Assembly (NCBI GenBank): GCA_035711805.1
Contig: DASTBV010000055.1
Coordinates: 380-64,379 of the forward strand
DNA from: Vicinamibacterales bacterium
GTDB taxonomy: Bacteria; Acidobacteriota; Vicinamibacteria; Vicinamibacterales; UBA2999
Length of the DNA stretch: 64,000 nt
Direction of reading: 5' to 3'
The notes under the pieces are model-generated. The model ran no database searches. It was given only the letters and a program-made list of their open reading frames with translations, and was not told the DNA's origin. A program made the translations under genes and the position numbers. Shown in pieces: positions 53,154-62,543 of this stretch (position 1 is the stretch's first letter; every line of letters begins with the position of its first letter).

Positions 53154-53386
53154 CGCCGCACCCTCCGTTCGAACCATGCGCAAAGCAAACGATGTGCCTT
53201 CGGTTGCTGGTAACACATCCTGCGAATTCGCGTTTGGTGGGTGCTCTGATTTCCGGGCATTTGGAAAGAAAAGGCCGGCCGCAGTCAGTATTTCCAGACG
53301 CGTCCCGCGGGCGGCGTTGGGCCTGATTGGATCGCGTTCAAAGCGTTGGAGTCCGCCGGCCATGTGTCAGGGCGGGTCCCGCGTAG

Positions 53387-54670
53387 TTGGCGTCTCGAGC
53401 GCAGGCGGACCCGCCATGGTACTCTCGGCGCTTGCGAGTGGCTCTGGCCGTTCTGCTGACGCTGATTGCCCCGCGCGGTGTGGCGCCGCAGGAACGCTTC
53501 GCGCCTGGCGGGGACGCGCGCGAGCGGGCGGCACTCGACGCCATCGAGAAGATTGAGCCGGCGACGATCGCCGCGCAGGTGCGGTTGTGTGAAGTTCCGG
53601 CGCCGCCGTTCGGCGAACGGGCAAGGGCCGGGGTCGTGCGGGACATGCTTGAGTCGGCCGGGCTGAAGAACGTTCGCCTCGATCGCGAGGGCAACGTCGT
53701 TGGCGAACGTCCTGGACGCTCGCCCCAGCCGCACGTCGTGCTTGCGGCTCACCTCGACACGGTCTTCCCTGTGGGGACGGACGTCACGGTGACGCGCCGC
53801 GGCGCGGTCCTCCGCGGTCCGGGAATCGGCGACAACTGCCGCGGACTGGCTGTGTTGATCGCGGTGGCGCGCGCGCTCAACGCCGCCGGGGTCGAGACTG
53901 ACGGGTCGGTGACCTTCGCGGCGACGGTCGGCGAGGAGGGCCTGAGCAATCTACGCGGGGCTAGAGTCCTCGTCACCGAGACGCTGAAGGGACGCATCGA
54001 CTATTTCGTGGCCCTCGACGGAAGCGGAAGTTCGATTACAAATGTCGCCGTCGGCAGCCGCCGTTACCGTGTCGCGTTTCGCGGTCCTGGCGGTCACAGT
54101 TACAACAATTTCGGTCGCGCCAATCCCGCGAACGCTCTTGGCCGTGCGATCGCCCGGATCTCCGACATCCAGGTCCCGTCTGCACCGCGGACAACGTTCA
54201 ACGTTGGCCGGATTGGGGGCGGCACGGCCGTGAACGCCATCCCGGAGGAGGCCTGGATGGAAGTAGACCTCCGGTCCACCGACCAGGCAGCTCTGGAGCA
54301 GCTGGACCGTTCGGTTCAGCAGGCGTTCCGGCAGGCCGCTGAAGCGGAGAACGCGCGGTGGAAACAGAACCGCGCGGTGACGGTAACGTTCGAACGGCTC
54401 GGCGAGCGGCCCGGCGGGCGGACGGATGAGCGCTCACGCATTGTCCAGGCGGCGCTTGCGGCGTCGAAAACGGTCAAGCTGCCGGCACGTCTGGTGGAAA
54501 ACTCGACCGATGCAAACGTTCCCATGCAGCTGGGCATCCCGGCGATCTCGATTGGCGGCGGCGGCACTGGAGCCAACACGCATTCGCTGGCAGAGACCTT
54601 CGACAGTACCGATTCTGTCCGCGGTACTGCCAGGGCGCTCCTGCTGACAATTGCACTCAGCCGCCGCTAA
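53387..54670 (+). CDS. M20-family metallopeptidase
   Basis: Motifs AAHLDTVFP, GIGDNCRG and ATVGEEG. Start codon uncertain. Confidence 0.8.
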   Translation: MASRAQADPPWYSRRLRVALAVLLTLIAPRGVAPQERFAPGGDARERAALDAIEKIEPATIAAQVRLCEVPAPPFGERARAGVVRDMLESAGLKNVRLDREGNVVGERPGRSPQPHVVLAAHLDTVFPVGTDVTVTRRGAVLRGPGIGDNCRGLAVLIAVARALNAAGVETDGSVTFAATVGEEGLSNLRGARVLVTETLKGRIDYFVALDGSGSSITNVAVGSRRYRVAFRGPGGHSYNNFGRANPANALGRAIARISDIQVPSAPRTTFNVGRIGGGTAVNAIPEEAWMEVDLRSTDQAALEQLDRSVQQAFRQAAEAENARWKQNRAVTVTFERLGERPGGRTDERSRIVQAALAASKTVKLPARLVENSTDANVPMQLGIPAISIGGGGTGANTHSLAETFDSTDSVRGTARALLLTIALSRR

Positions 54671-55218
54671 TCATGCCTGGCGTGATCCTGCCCGGACTTG
54701 ACGGCCCGGAACGTTTCGAGGTCGACGGCACGCTGGCGGGCGGCGGCGCCCCGCGCGCGGATCACGCGTATCCAGAAAATCGCGTGCACCGGAATGACCG
54801 TGACGAGCTCTGTCATCGTGCGAAGTTCCGGGACCGCCAGCGCCAGGTTCAGCGCGCTCGCCGCGACGAAGACAACCGTAAACAGCGGGTCGATTCCGCC
54901 TCCCGGCAGCCCCGGGCCGACGGACATGGCCGTCGTTTCCCACATTGGCCCGTCGGCGGCCCGTCCCTCGTAGTAGACCTGTAGATAGCGGCCGATTCGC
55001 TCCACGCCGACGTTCAGCGCATGAATCGCTTCGAAGCCGGCAATCAGGACGCTCAGCGAGACCAACGAGAGCAGGCCGGGGACCGTCGAACCTTGCAGCA
55101 GGGCCGCGGTGATCGACGTCCAACCGATCACAGTGACCGGCAGAAGGGCCATCCGTACCGTTCCGCGCGCGGCGATTGTCTGGCGCAGAACCGTGAACTC
55201 CGACTGACTGGGGCTCAT
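54667..55218 (-). CDS. hypothetical membrane protein
   Basis: 183 aa with about 4 hydrophobic helices. No family recognised. Confidence 0.45.
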   Translation of the reverse strand: MSPSQSEFTVLRQTIAARGTVRMALLPVTVIGWTSITAALLQGSTVPGLLSLVSLSVLIAGFEAIHALNVGVERIGRYLQVYYEGRAADGPMWETTAMSVGPGLPGGGIDPLFTVVFVAASALNLALAVPELRTMTELVTVIPVHAIFWIRVIRARGAAARQRAVDLETFRAVKSGQDHARHD

Positions 55219-55355
55219 GTGTATGGCACCTTTTTTGGAATGGCTGGGCGCTTCGCGCCTGCCGAGGTGACGCGAAAGGATACATTAACGCTTGCGCGTT
55301 AAAGATTGTTTGCTACAATGCCGACACACGCCGTAACAAACTGTCTCGCAAAGGG

Positions 55356-56420
55356 TTGCCCGTGAACCGAGCCCGTCTGTTCAGGAAACTTAGGTCCCTC
55401 TGTCTCGTTGCGGCTGTGCTGTCGTTCGGTCTGCCGGAGGTGTCGGCCGCCCAGACGGCCGCCGCCAAGAAGCCGGCAGCGACCAAGAAAACCACAACCA
55501 CCTACTCGGCGAAGCAGGCCCGGTCGCGCCGGGCGGCACGGGCCAGGGCCCGCGCAGCCGCGGCGCAGCGGGCAGCGGCGGCGCTCAAAGAGGCACAGCA
55601 GCCGCGCTTCAAGTTCGACGACACCGGCGCCCTGGTTCCCGACCCCCGGGCCGAAGCCGCGATTATCTATAACCCGCAGACCGGCAAGGTTCTGTGGGAG
55701 TCGCACGCACAGGATCAGCGCTCGATCGCCAGCATCACCAAAGTGATGACCGCGGTGGTGTTCCTGGAAGACTCACCGGACCTCTCGCAGACGGTTGTCG
55801 TCCAGCGCGCCGATATGCGGGGCGCCTCGACGACCTATTTGAAGGCCGGCGACAAGGTGACGAAGGAAGATCTGCTCCATCTGATGCTGATCGCGTCCGA
55901 CAACGCCGCGTCACGCGTGCTTGCCCGCAGCTCGTCGTACGGGGCGGAAGGCTTCGTCGCCCGCATGAACCAGAAGGCCATCGACCTGGGCCTGACGAGC
56001 ACGAAGTACGCGGACACATCGGGTCTGCTGGCCGCGAACGTCTCGTCCGCCTACGACATGGCGCGGCTCATCACTTTCGTGTCCACCGTGCCGCAAATCT
56101 CGAACGTCATGCAGAAGCAGGAATACACCGCGACGGCCGGACGGCGAAAGATCAATATCCACTCGACCAATCAGCTTGTCCGTCAGGGCGACGTGGACGT
56201 GCAGGCCGGAAAGACCGGATTCATCACCAAGGCGGGCTACTGCCTGGCCACGCTGCTGAAGCTCCCGCAGGGCGGCCCGCAGGTCGCCGTCGTCGTGCTC
56301 GGTGCCAAATCGAACGCCGGCCGTTTCTGGGAGACGCGCCACCTGTTCAACTGGCTCTCGTCGAAGGCGCAGGATCTGATCGGCGGCACGCCGGTCGAAG
56401 CCGCGGCCGCCGCGAATTAG
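55356..56420 (+). CDS. D-alanyl-D-alanine carboxypeptidase (S11, low-molecular-weight PBP)
   Basis: SxxK (SITK), SxN (SDN) and KTG motifs. Ala/Lys-rich linker after the signal peptide. Confidence 0.85.
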   Translation: MPVNRARLFRKLRSLCLVAAVLSFGLPEVSAAQTAAAKKPAATKKTTTTYSAKQARSRRAARARARAAAAQRAAAALKEAQQPRFKFDDTGALVPDPRAEAAIIYNPQTGKVLWESHAQDQRSIASITKVMTAVVFLEDSPDLSQTVVVQRADMRGASTTYLKAGDKVTKEDLLHLMLIASDNAASRVLARSSSYGAEGFVARMNQKAIDLGLTSTKYADTSGLLAANVSSAYDMARLITFVSTVPQISNVMQKQEYTATAGRRKINIHSTNQLVRQGDVDVQAGKTGFITKAGYCLATLLKLPQGGPQVAVVVLGAKSNAGRFWETRHLFNWLSSKAQDLIGGTPVEAAAAAN

Positions 56421-57304
56421 CTCGAATACCCGCGCTGCATGGCTGCCGCATCCAGCGGCAGCGTCGCCACCGTATCGACCATCGGCATCACCGGGCGCGT
56501 CGCCCGGCGGCCGTCATACGCCTTCAAGTACCGCTTGCACGCGTCGCACGCGTAGACACGATACTTTCCGTCCGGCGTCGCGAACGACGTGATCCGCGAT
56601 CGGTCGGCGTTGCGGCAGTACGGACACGTGAGTGCCTCGTACTTCCATCGCAGCGTGCATCGCCCGCAGATCAGATGGCGCTCGGCGGCGGGCGTGATCA
56701 CGGCAAAGTCCGGCTCCCCGCCGCACAGCCCGCAGTGCGGGTGCGTCCACAGCGCGAGCTCCTCGCGCTGCTGCAGCACTTCCGCGCAGCGCGAGAGAAA
56801 CGGCCGCATCGCCAATCCCAGGACCTGGCCGACGACCGCGTCGTCTCCTGCGGATTCAGCGGAGATGGCCGTCACGCCCACGGACGCCACCGCGTGCGAT
56901 TCGGCGGCGCTGCGATACCAGTCGCCGGCCGCGGCGAGAAGCGCCATGTCGCGGCCAAGCGCCTGCACGCGCTGATGATCGGCATCCTCGAGCGCGCCAT
57001 GGCGGCGGAGGATGTCGGCCGTCTGCCGGACCAGGAGCCGGAGGTCCGTCAGGTCGAGCGGGATGTCCTCGAAGCGCAGGAGCGGGCGTGCCTCCGCCGT
57101 ATGGCGCTTGACGACCTCGGCGGTGATGGCCAGCGAGGGCAGCGTGACCCGGCCCTGCACGCGCCGGAACAGCTCGACCAGCTCCAGGTGCATGTCGACC
57201 GCTTCGCCGAGCTCCGGATGCTCCGCTTTAATCGCACGGAGCGCGGCGGCTTCGCGCGACTCGGCACGCTGCGGCCGCGCCGGGCGTTCTCCCTGATCGG
57301 TCAC
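56417..57304 (-). CDS. fdhE: FdhE-like protein
   Basis: Four CxxC pairs: CGLCGG, CGRC, CPYC and CDAC. Motif YRVYACDACKRYLK. Confidence 0.75.
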   Translation of the reverse strand: MTDQGERPARPQRAESREAAALRAIKAEHPELGEAVDMHLELVELFRRVQGRVTLPSLAITAEVVKRHTAEARPLLRFEDIPLDLTDLRLLVRQTADILRRHGALEDADHQRVQALGRDMALLAAAGDWYRSAAESHAVASVGVTAISAESAGDDAVVGQVLGLAMRPFLSRCAEVLQQREELALWTHPHCGLCGGEPDFAVITPAAERHLICGRCTLRWKYEALTCPYCRNADRSRITSFATPDGKYRVYACDACKRYLKAYDGRRATRPVMPMVDTVATLPLDAAAMQRGYSS

Positions 57305-57329
57305 TCAACGAATCATACACACGGCGGCG

Positions 57330-57450
57330 ACGAGTGTTCACGCTTCCAGGTGCTCTCTTCCCGGTTCGTGTTCAGGTTCCGTTCAAACCAAGAACGGCCG
57401 CCGAACACAGAACACGAACCGGGCACCGAGAATGCGGACGCGTGAACGGT
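57330..57450. repeat. nested hairpins; 3' part shared with 37413-37460
   Basis: CCCGGTTCGTGTTC pairs with GAACACGAACCGGG. Outer GTTCACGC pairs with GCGTGAAC. The shared 15-mer is GGACGCGTGAACGGT. Confidence 0.75.
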
Positions 57451-57465
57451 GTTAGGGTGTGATGG

Positions 57466-58917
57466 ATGCGCGTGCTCATGGTGGCGTCGGAGGCGGCTCC
57501 GTTCGCCAAAACCGGCGGGTTGGCGGACGTCATCGGCGCTCTGCCGCGCGCGCTCGCCAGCCTCGGACATGAGGTGGATGTGGTGATGCCGCGCTATCGC
57601 GGCGTCGAGGCGGGCGCGCCGGAGCGTGTCATCACTGTGGCGCTCGGCAGCCTCGTGTCGGATGCGGGCTGCTACGTGATCGCCGCCGACCGCATCCGCA
57701 CAATCTTCATCGACCATCCGGGATACTTCGACCGCGATCACCTGTACGGGGCAAACGGCCACGACTACGTCGACAATCCCGAACGCTTCGCGTTTCTGTG
57801 TCAGGCGGCGCTGAACTGGGCGGCGGATTCGAGCATTCCGTATGACGTCGTGCACGCGCACGACTGGCAGGCCGGCCTGGTGTCGGTGCTTCACGCGCGG
57901 ATGGTGAAAGCGAGTACATCGCTCCGCCGCCTTGCGACCGTCTTCACCATCCACAACCTCGCGTATCAAGGCGTATTCGACGCGAGCTGGCTTCCGTATC
58001 TCGGCCTCGGCTGGGATCTCATGCGCGTGGACGCGATGGAGTATTGGGGCCGGATCAGTTATCTGAAGGCAGGAGTGGTGTTCAGTCAGCTGATTACCAC
58101 CGTGAGCCCACGCTACGCGCAGGAGATTCAGACGCCGGCGCTCGGGTTCGGCTTCGACGGGATCCTGCGTGAGCGCGGCTCCGATTTGATCGGGATCCTG
58201 AACGGGATCGACTACGATCAGTGGGATCCGGAGCGCGATCCGAACATTCCCAGGCCATATGGCGCCACCGATCTCGAGGGGAAAAGCGCGGCCAAGCGGG
58301 AACTGCTGGAGCGGTGCCGGTTGCCGGCGGGCGTCGACGCGCTGGCGCGTCCGGTCGTCGGCCTCATCTCGCGGATGGTCGATCAGAAGGGATTCGATCT
58401 CCTCGCCGACATTGCCGACGAGCTTCCGCGCCTGGGCGCTGCGGTCGTGCTGCTCGGATCGGGCGAGCGGCGGTATGAAGATTTGTGGCTGGCGCTCGCC
58501 ACCCGATATCCGGATCGCGTGGCGGTGCACATCGGGTTCGACGAACGGCTGGCGCATCTGATCGAAGCGGGGGCGGACCTGTTCCTGATGCCGTCGCGAT
58601 TCGAGCCGTGCGGGCTCAATCAGATGTACAGCCTGCGCTACGGTACGGTGCCGCTGGTGCACGCCACCGGCGGGCTGGCGGATACGGTGCGGAACTTCGA
58701 CGCGGTCACCGGGAGCGGAACCGGTTTTACGTTCGACGAGTATTCGCCTCAGGCGCTTCTTGGCACCCTGAGGTGGGCATTAGGCGTCTTTATGGATCGG
58801 CGGACCTGGCAGCGGATTCAGCAGTCCGGGATGAGGCAGGATCATTCGTGGGCAGCCTCGGCGCGGCGCTACGTCGAGGTGTACGAGCGCGCCATTGCAT
58901 CGCGCGTGGGAGTGTGA
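57466..58917 (+). CDS. glgA: glycogen synthase
   Basis: Motif [22 protein letters not shown]. Length 483 aa. Confidence 0.93.
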   Translation: MRVLMVASEAAPFAKTGGLADVIGALPRALASLGHEVDVVMPRYRGVEAGAPERVITVALGSLVSDAGCYVIAADRIRTIFIDHPGYFDRDHLYGANGHDYVDNPERFAFLCQAALNWAADSSIPYDVVHAHDWQAGLVSVLHARMVKASTSLRRLATVFTIHNLAYQGVFDASWLPYLGLGWDLMRVDAMEYWGRISYLKAGVVFSQLITTVSPRYAQEIQTPALGFGFDGILRERGSDLIGILNGIDYDQWDPERDPNIPRPYGATDLEGKSAAKRELLERCRLPAGVDALARPVVGLISRMVDQKGFDLLADIADELPRLGAAVVLLGSGERRYEDLWLALATRYPDRVAVHIGFDERLAHLIEAGADLFLMPSRFEPCGLNQMYSLRYGTVPLVHATGGLADTVRNFDAVTGSGTGFTFDEYSPQALLGTLRWALGVFMDRRTWQRIQQSGMRQDHSWAASARRYVEVYERAIASRVGV

Positions 58918-58924
58918 GCAAACC

Positions 58925-59251
58925 ATGGCATCGGAGAATGTGAAGACTTTCACTGACAGCAATTTCGACGAGGAGACGAAGCAGGGCGTTGTGCTGGTCG
59001 ACTTCTGGGCGGAGTGGTGCGGACCCTGCCGCCGCATCGCGCCGATCGTCGAGCAGCTGGCCACCGAGTACGCCGGGCGAGCCACCATCGGCAAGATGAA
59101 CGTCGACGAGAACCCGAACGTGCCGACCAGCCGGTTCCACGTGCGCGGCATCCCGACGCTTGTCGTGCTGAAGAACGGACAGCTCGTCGACACCATCGTC
59201 GGTCTGGTTCCCAGGGAAGACATCGTCTCCGCGCTCGAGCGTCACCTCTGA
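58925..59251 (+). CDS. trxA: thioredoxin
   Basis: Trimmed to the ATG at 58925. WCGPC active site. Confidence 0.93.
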   Translation: MASENVKTFTDSNFDEETKQGVVLVDFWAEWCGPCRRIAPIVEQLATEYAGRATIGKMNVDENPNVPTSRFHVRGIPTLVVLKNGQLVDTIVGLVPREDIVSALERHL

Positions 59252-60231
59252 TGTCCGGTTCCCACGCAGACCGCGAGGTCGTGATCATCGGCTCCGGGCC
59301 CGCCGGATTGACTGCGGCGCTCTATGCCGCGCGCGCGAACCTGAAGCCGCTGCTCATCGAGGGCCTCGAAGCCGGCGGTCAGTTGATGCTGACGACCATG
59401 GTGGAGAACTGGCCGGGGTTTCGCGACGGCATCATGGGACCGGACCTGATGGGCGAAATGCGCGCGCAGGCCGAGCGCTTCGGGACCGAAGTGGTGCAGG
59501 GCAACGTGACCTCGGTGGACCTCCGGCACCGCCCCTTCACGATTTCGCTCGACGACGGCCGTAAGGTGACGACGGCGGCGCTGATCGTCGCCACCGGCGC
59601 GTCGGCACGCTGGCTGGACATCGGGTCGGACCGGAAGCTCTCGGGCCGCGGCGTGTCCACGTGCGCCACCTGTGACGGCTACTTCTTCCGTGGGAAGCCG
59701 ATTGCCGTCGTCGGCGGCGGCGATTCCGCGATGGAAGAGGCGGTCTACCTCACGAAGTTCGCCTCGAAGGTCACCGTCGTACACCGCCGCGATACGCTGC
59801 GCGCGTCGAAGATCATGCAGGACAAAGCCTTCGCGAATCCCAAGATCGATTTCATCTGGGACTCCGAAGTCATCGACGTTTCCGATCTGGAAAAGGGCGA
59901 GGTCACCGGCATTGTTCTGCGGCATCTGAAGACCGGCGAGATCCGCCACCTCGCGGTTGACGGTGTGTTCATCGCCATCGGCCACACGCCAAACACCGCG
60001 CTCTTCAGGGGACAGATCGACCTCGATCCGAACGGATACATCGTCACCAGAGGCGGAACGCGCACGAACATTCCAGGCGTTTTTGCTGCCGGCGACGTCC
60101 AGGATCATGTGTATCGTCAGGCGGTCACGGCGGCAGGCTCCGGCTGCATGGCCGCCATCGATGCCGAACGATATCTGGAGGGGCTGCCCGCCGCCGACGC
60201 CGCGTCGGTACAGCCCAGCGCGACGGCGTAG
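59251..60231 (+). CDS. trxB: thioredoxin-disulfide reductase
   Basis: ATG at 59251 overlaps the trxA stop. Motifs GSGPAG and CATCDG. Confidence 0.93.
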   Translation: MSGSHADREVVIIGSGPAGLTAALYAARANLKPLLIEGLEAGGQLMLTTMVENWPGFRDGIMGPDLMGEMRAQAERFGTEVVQGNVTSVDLRHRPFTISLDDGRKVTTAALIVATGASARWLDIGSDRKLSGRGVSTCATCDGYFFRGKPIAVVGGGDSAMEEAVYLTKFASKVTVVHRRDTLRASKIMQDKAFANPKIDFIWDSEVIDVSDLEKGEVTGIVLRHLKTGEIRHLAVDGVFIAIGHTPNTALFRGQIDLDPNGYIVTRGGTRTNIPGVFAAGDVQDHVYRQAVTAAGSGCMAAIDAERYLEGLPAADAASVQPSATA

Positions 60232-60234
60232 ACC

Positions 60235-60771
60235 GTGGCTGCAGCCGCGTCGTCGAAGTACGCCTCGTCGGACCTTCGACAGCTGCTGTTTCTCATCGAC
60301 ACGGCGTACGACCGCGTCTCATGGCACGGTCCCAACCTGAGGGGTTCACTGCGCGGGATGACGCCCGCGCTCGCCGCATGGCGTCCCGCCGTCGAACGTC
60401 ACAACATCTGGGAGCTCATCGTGCACGCGGCGTACTGGAAGTACGTCGCATGGCGGCGCCTGACGGGGGCGAAGCGCGGCTCGTTTCCGCTCGCCGGCTC
60501 GAACTTCCTCGCGCGACCGGTCGAGAACACAAAGGCCGCCCTGCAGGCCGACCTCGATCTGCTCGACGAGATGCATCGCGTTCTGCGCGAGGCGGCGGCT
60601 GCCGTGCCGGCCGGGGCGCTCGACTTGGGCTCGGCACAGCGCGGCGTCACGAAACGCGCCTTGCTGACCGGCGTCGCGGCGCACGATCTCTATCACGCTG
60701 GTCAGATCCAACTACTGAAGCGACTCGAAAGGACCTGTCGCGCCGAAGCGCGGCAGCGCGAAGGCGGATGA
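60235..60771 (+). CDS. DinB-family protein
   Basis: Motifs WHGPNL, HAAYWKY and HDLYHAGQI. Confidence 0.75.
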   Translation: MAAAASSKYASSDLRQLLFLIDTAYDRVSWHGPNLRGSLRGMTPALAAWRPAVERHNIWELIVHAAYWKYVAWRRLTGAKRGSFPLAGSNFLARPVENTKAALQADLDLLDEMHRVLREAAAAVPAGALDLGSAQRGVTKRALLTGVAAHDLYHAGQIQLLKRLERTCRAEARQREGG

Positions 60772-61319
60772 GTGTCATTCAATCGCTCGTCGACGAATAC
60801 CGGCGTTACAAAGCGCTGGCCGAAGCCGCGATCGCCCAGGTCGGCGACGAAGAGCTCGGGCACGCGGGCCACGACGGCGGCAACTCGATCGAGATGCTGA
60901 TCCGGCACATTGCCGGCAACCTGAAATCGCGGTTCACCGAGTTCCGCACCAGTGATGGCGAGAAGCCATGGCGCCACCGGGACGACGAGTTCGAATCCGC
61001 CGGATTGAGCCGGACGGCGCTGTTACAGGTCTGGGAGGAGAGCTGGAGCGTATTGTTCGTCGAACTGGAAAAGCTGGGCGACGGCGACCTGAGCTCCACC
61101 GTGACCGTTCGGCGGCAGCCGCTGCGGATCGATGAAGCGCTGCACCGCTCGCTTGCGCACACGGCCTACCACGTCGGCCAGATCGTATTCATGGCGAAGG
61201 CGATGCGGGGCGGCGGCTGGCGCACGCTCAGTATTCCGAAGGGCAAGTCAGAGGAGTACAACCAGAAGGCCACGGGCGAGACCGCGGCAGCGCATGCGAA
61301 GAAGCTGATGGAGAGGTAG
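60768..61319 (+). CDS. DUF1572 (DinB-like) protein
   Basis: ATGA overlap with the upstream gene. Motifs NSIEMLIRHIAGNL and HTAYHVGQIVF. Confidence 0.75.
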   Translation: MSVIQSLVDEYRRYKALAEAAIAQVGDEELGHAGHDGGNSIEMLIRHIAGNLKSRFTEFRTSDGEKPWRHRDDEFESAGLSRTALLQVWEESWSVLFVELEKLGDGDLSSTVTVRRQPLRIDEALHRSLAHTAYHVGQIVFMAKAMRGGGWRTLSIPKGKSEEYNQKATGETAAAHAKKLMER

Positions 61320-61402
61320 TCTGGGTTGCCTGGGTCCGGACACCGCGCCTGACCCAGAACCACTTAGGCCACCCAGGCTACCTAGGCTGCCACCCAGGCC
61401 AC
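61320..61402. repeat. CACCCAGG / CACCTAGG-type repeat between convergent genes
   Basis: GGCCACCCAGGCTACCTAGGCTGCCACCCAGGCCACCTAG, preceded by CTGGGTTGCCTGGGT. Confidence 0.75.
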
Positions 61403-62461
61403 CTAGTCGATCCAGCCGCCGCCAACGACTACATCGTCGTGATAGAAGACCACGGCCTGGCCGGGCGTCACTGCCGACTGCGGAGTGTCGAACTCGAGTT
61501 CGGCACGGTTGCCCTCGATCGCCCGGACGCGCGCTGGTGCCGGCGTATGTCGATAGCGGATCTGTGCAGCCACCGAAAGCCAGTCCGTCGGCGCCTCGGC
61601 GGCCACCCAGTTCACGTCCGATGCGGTCAGTGTGGTGCGCTCGAGCGACGACTTCGGGCCGACGGTCACGTTGCCGGTGTCGGCGTCGATCTGCAGCACG
61701 TACAGCGGAGCCGGCCCGGACACACCCAGTCCCTTGCGCTGACCGATCGTGAAGCGGTGAACGCCGGCATGTGTGCCGAGCTGCTCGCCGCTCTCGGCAA
61801 CGATAGCGCCGTGGTGCGCGACGTGCGGTGCCTTGCGTGCGACGAAGGACGCGTAGTCGCCGTCCGGGACAAAGCAAATCTCCTGGCTGTCCGGCTTGTC
61901 GGCAACCTGTAAACCCAGGCGGTGGGCCTCGCGCCGCACCTCGGGCTTGGTCAGGGCGCCAACCGGAAACATCGCCGCCGCCAGCTGATCCTGTGTCAGC
62001 GAGAAGAGGAAGTAGGACTGATCCTTGTCCCGATCGACGCTTCGCTTCAGCATCCAGCGATTCGTGTCTCGCTCCACCTGCGCGTAATGACCGGTCGCGA
62101 CGGTGGATGCGCCGAGGCCGTGTGCGCGCTCGAGGAGCGTCGAGAACTTCAGGTCGCTGTTGCAGTGGGCGCAGGGCAGCGGGGTGCGGCCGGATGCGTA
62201 CTCGCGGACGAAATTCGAGATGACCGTCTCCTGGAACTGGCGCTCGAAATTCAGGATGTAGTGCGGAAAGCCCACGGCCGCCGCCACGCGGCGCGCATCG
62301 TTCAGATCGTCGAGCGTGCAGCAGCTGCCGAAATGCAGGCCGGGCTCGCCCTGAGCGTAGAGCTGCATCGACAGACCGATGACGTCATGACCCTGCTCGG
62401 CAAGCAGGGCCGCGGCGACGGACGAGTCGACTCCGCCGGACATTGCTACTACGACACGCAT
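61403..62461 (-). CDS. mnmA: tRNA 2-thiouridine(34) synthase
   Basis: PP-loop AMSGGVDSS. Length 352 aa. Confidence 0.93.
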   Translation of the reverse strand: MRVVVAMSGGVDSSVAAALLAEQGHDVIGLSMQLYAQGEPGLHFGSCCTLDDLNDARRVAAAVGFPHYILNFERQFQETVISNFVREYASGRTPLPCAHCNSDLKFSTLLERAHGLGASTVATGHYAQVERDTNRWMLKRSVDRDKDQSYFLFSLTQDQLAAAMFPVGALTKPEVRREAHRLGLQVADKPDSQEICFVPDGDYASFVARKAPHVAHHGAIVAESGEQLGTHAGVHRFTIGQRKGLGVSGPAPLYVLQIDADTGNVTVGPKSSLERTTLTASDVNWVAAEAPTDWLSVAAQIRYRHTPAPARVRAIEGNRAELEFDTPQSAVTPGQAVVFYHDDVVVGGGWID

Positions 62462-62543
62462 CCTTAATGCAGAATTCTGAATTCAGAATGCAGTACGTCC
62501 GTGTTCTGCCTGCATTCTGCATTCTGCATTCTGAATTGCAGGT
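62462..62543. repeat. heptamer (TGCATTC) hairpin
   Basis: TTCAGAATGCAG pairs with CTGCATTCTGCATTCTGCATTCTGAA. Confidence 0.85.

Noticed and set aside
51980-53363. Restriction endonuclease partner for the methyltransferase (track ORF 52953..53363)
   Set aside because: Only the last 66 codons have an RBS and a plausible sequence. That is too small, and there are no nuclease motifs, so the methyltransferase is provisionally treated as an orphan.
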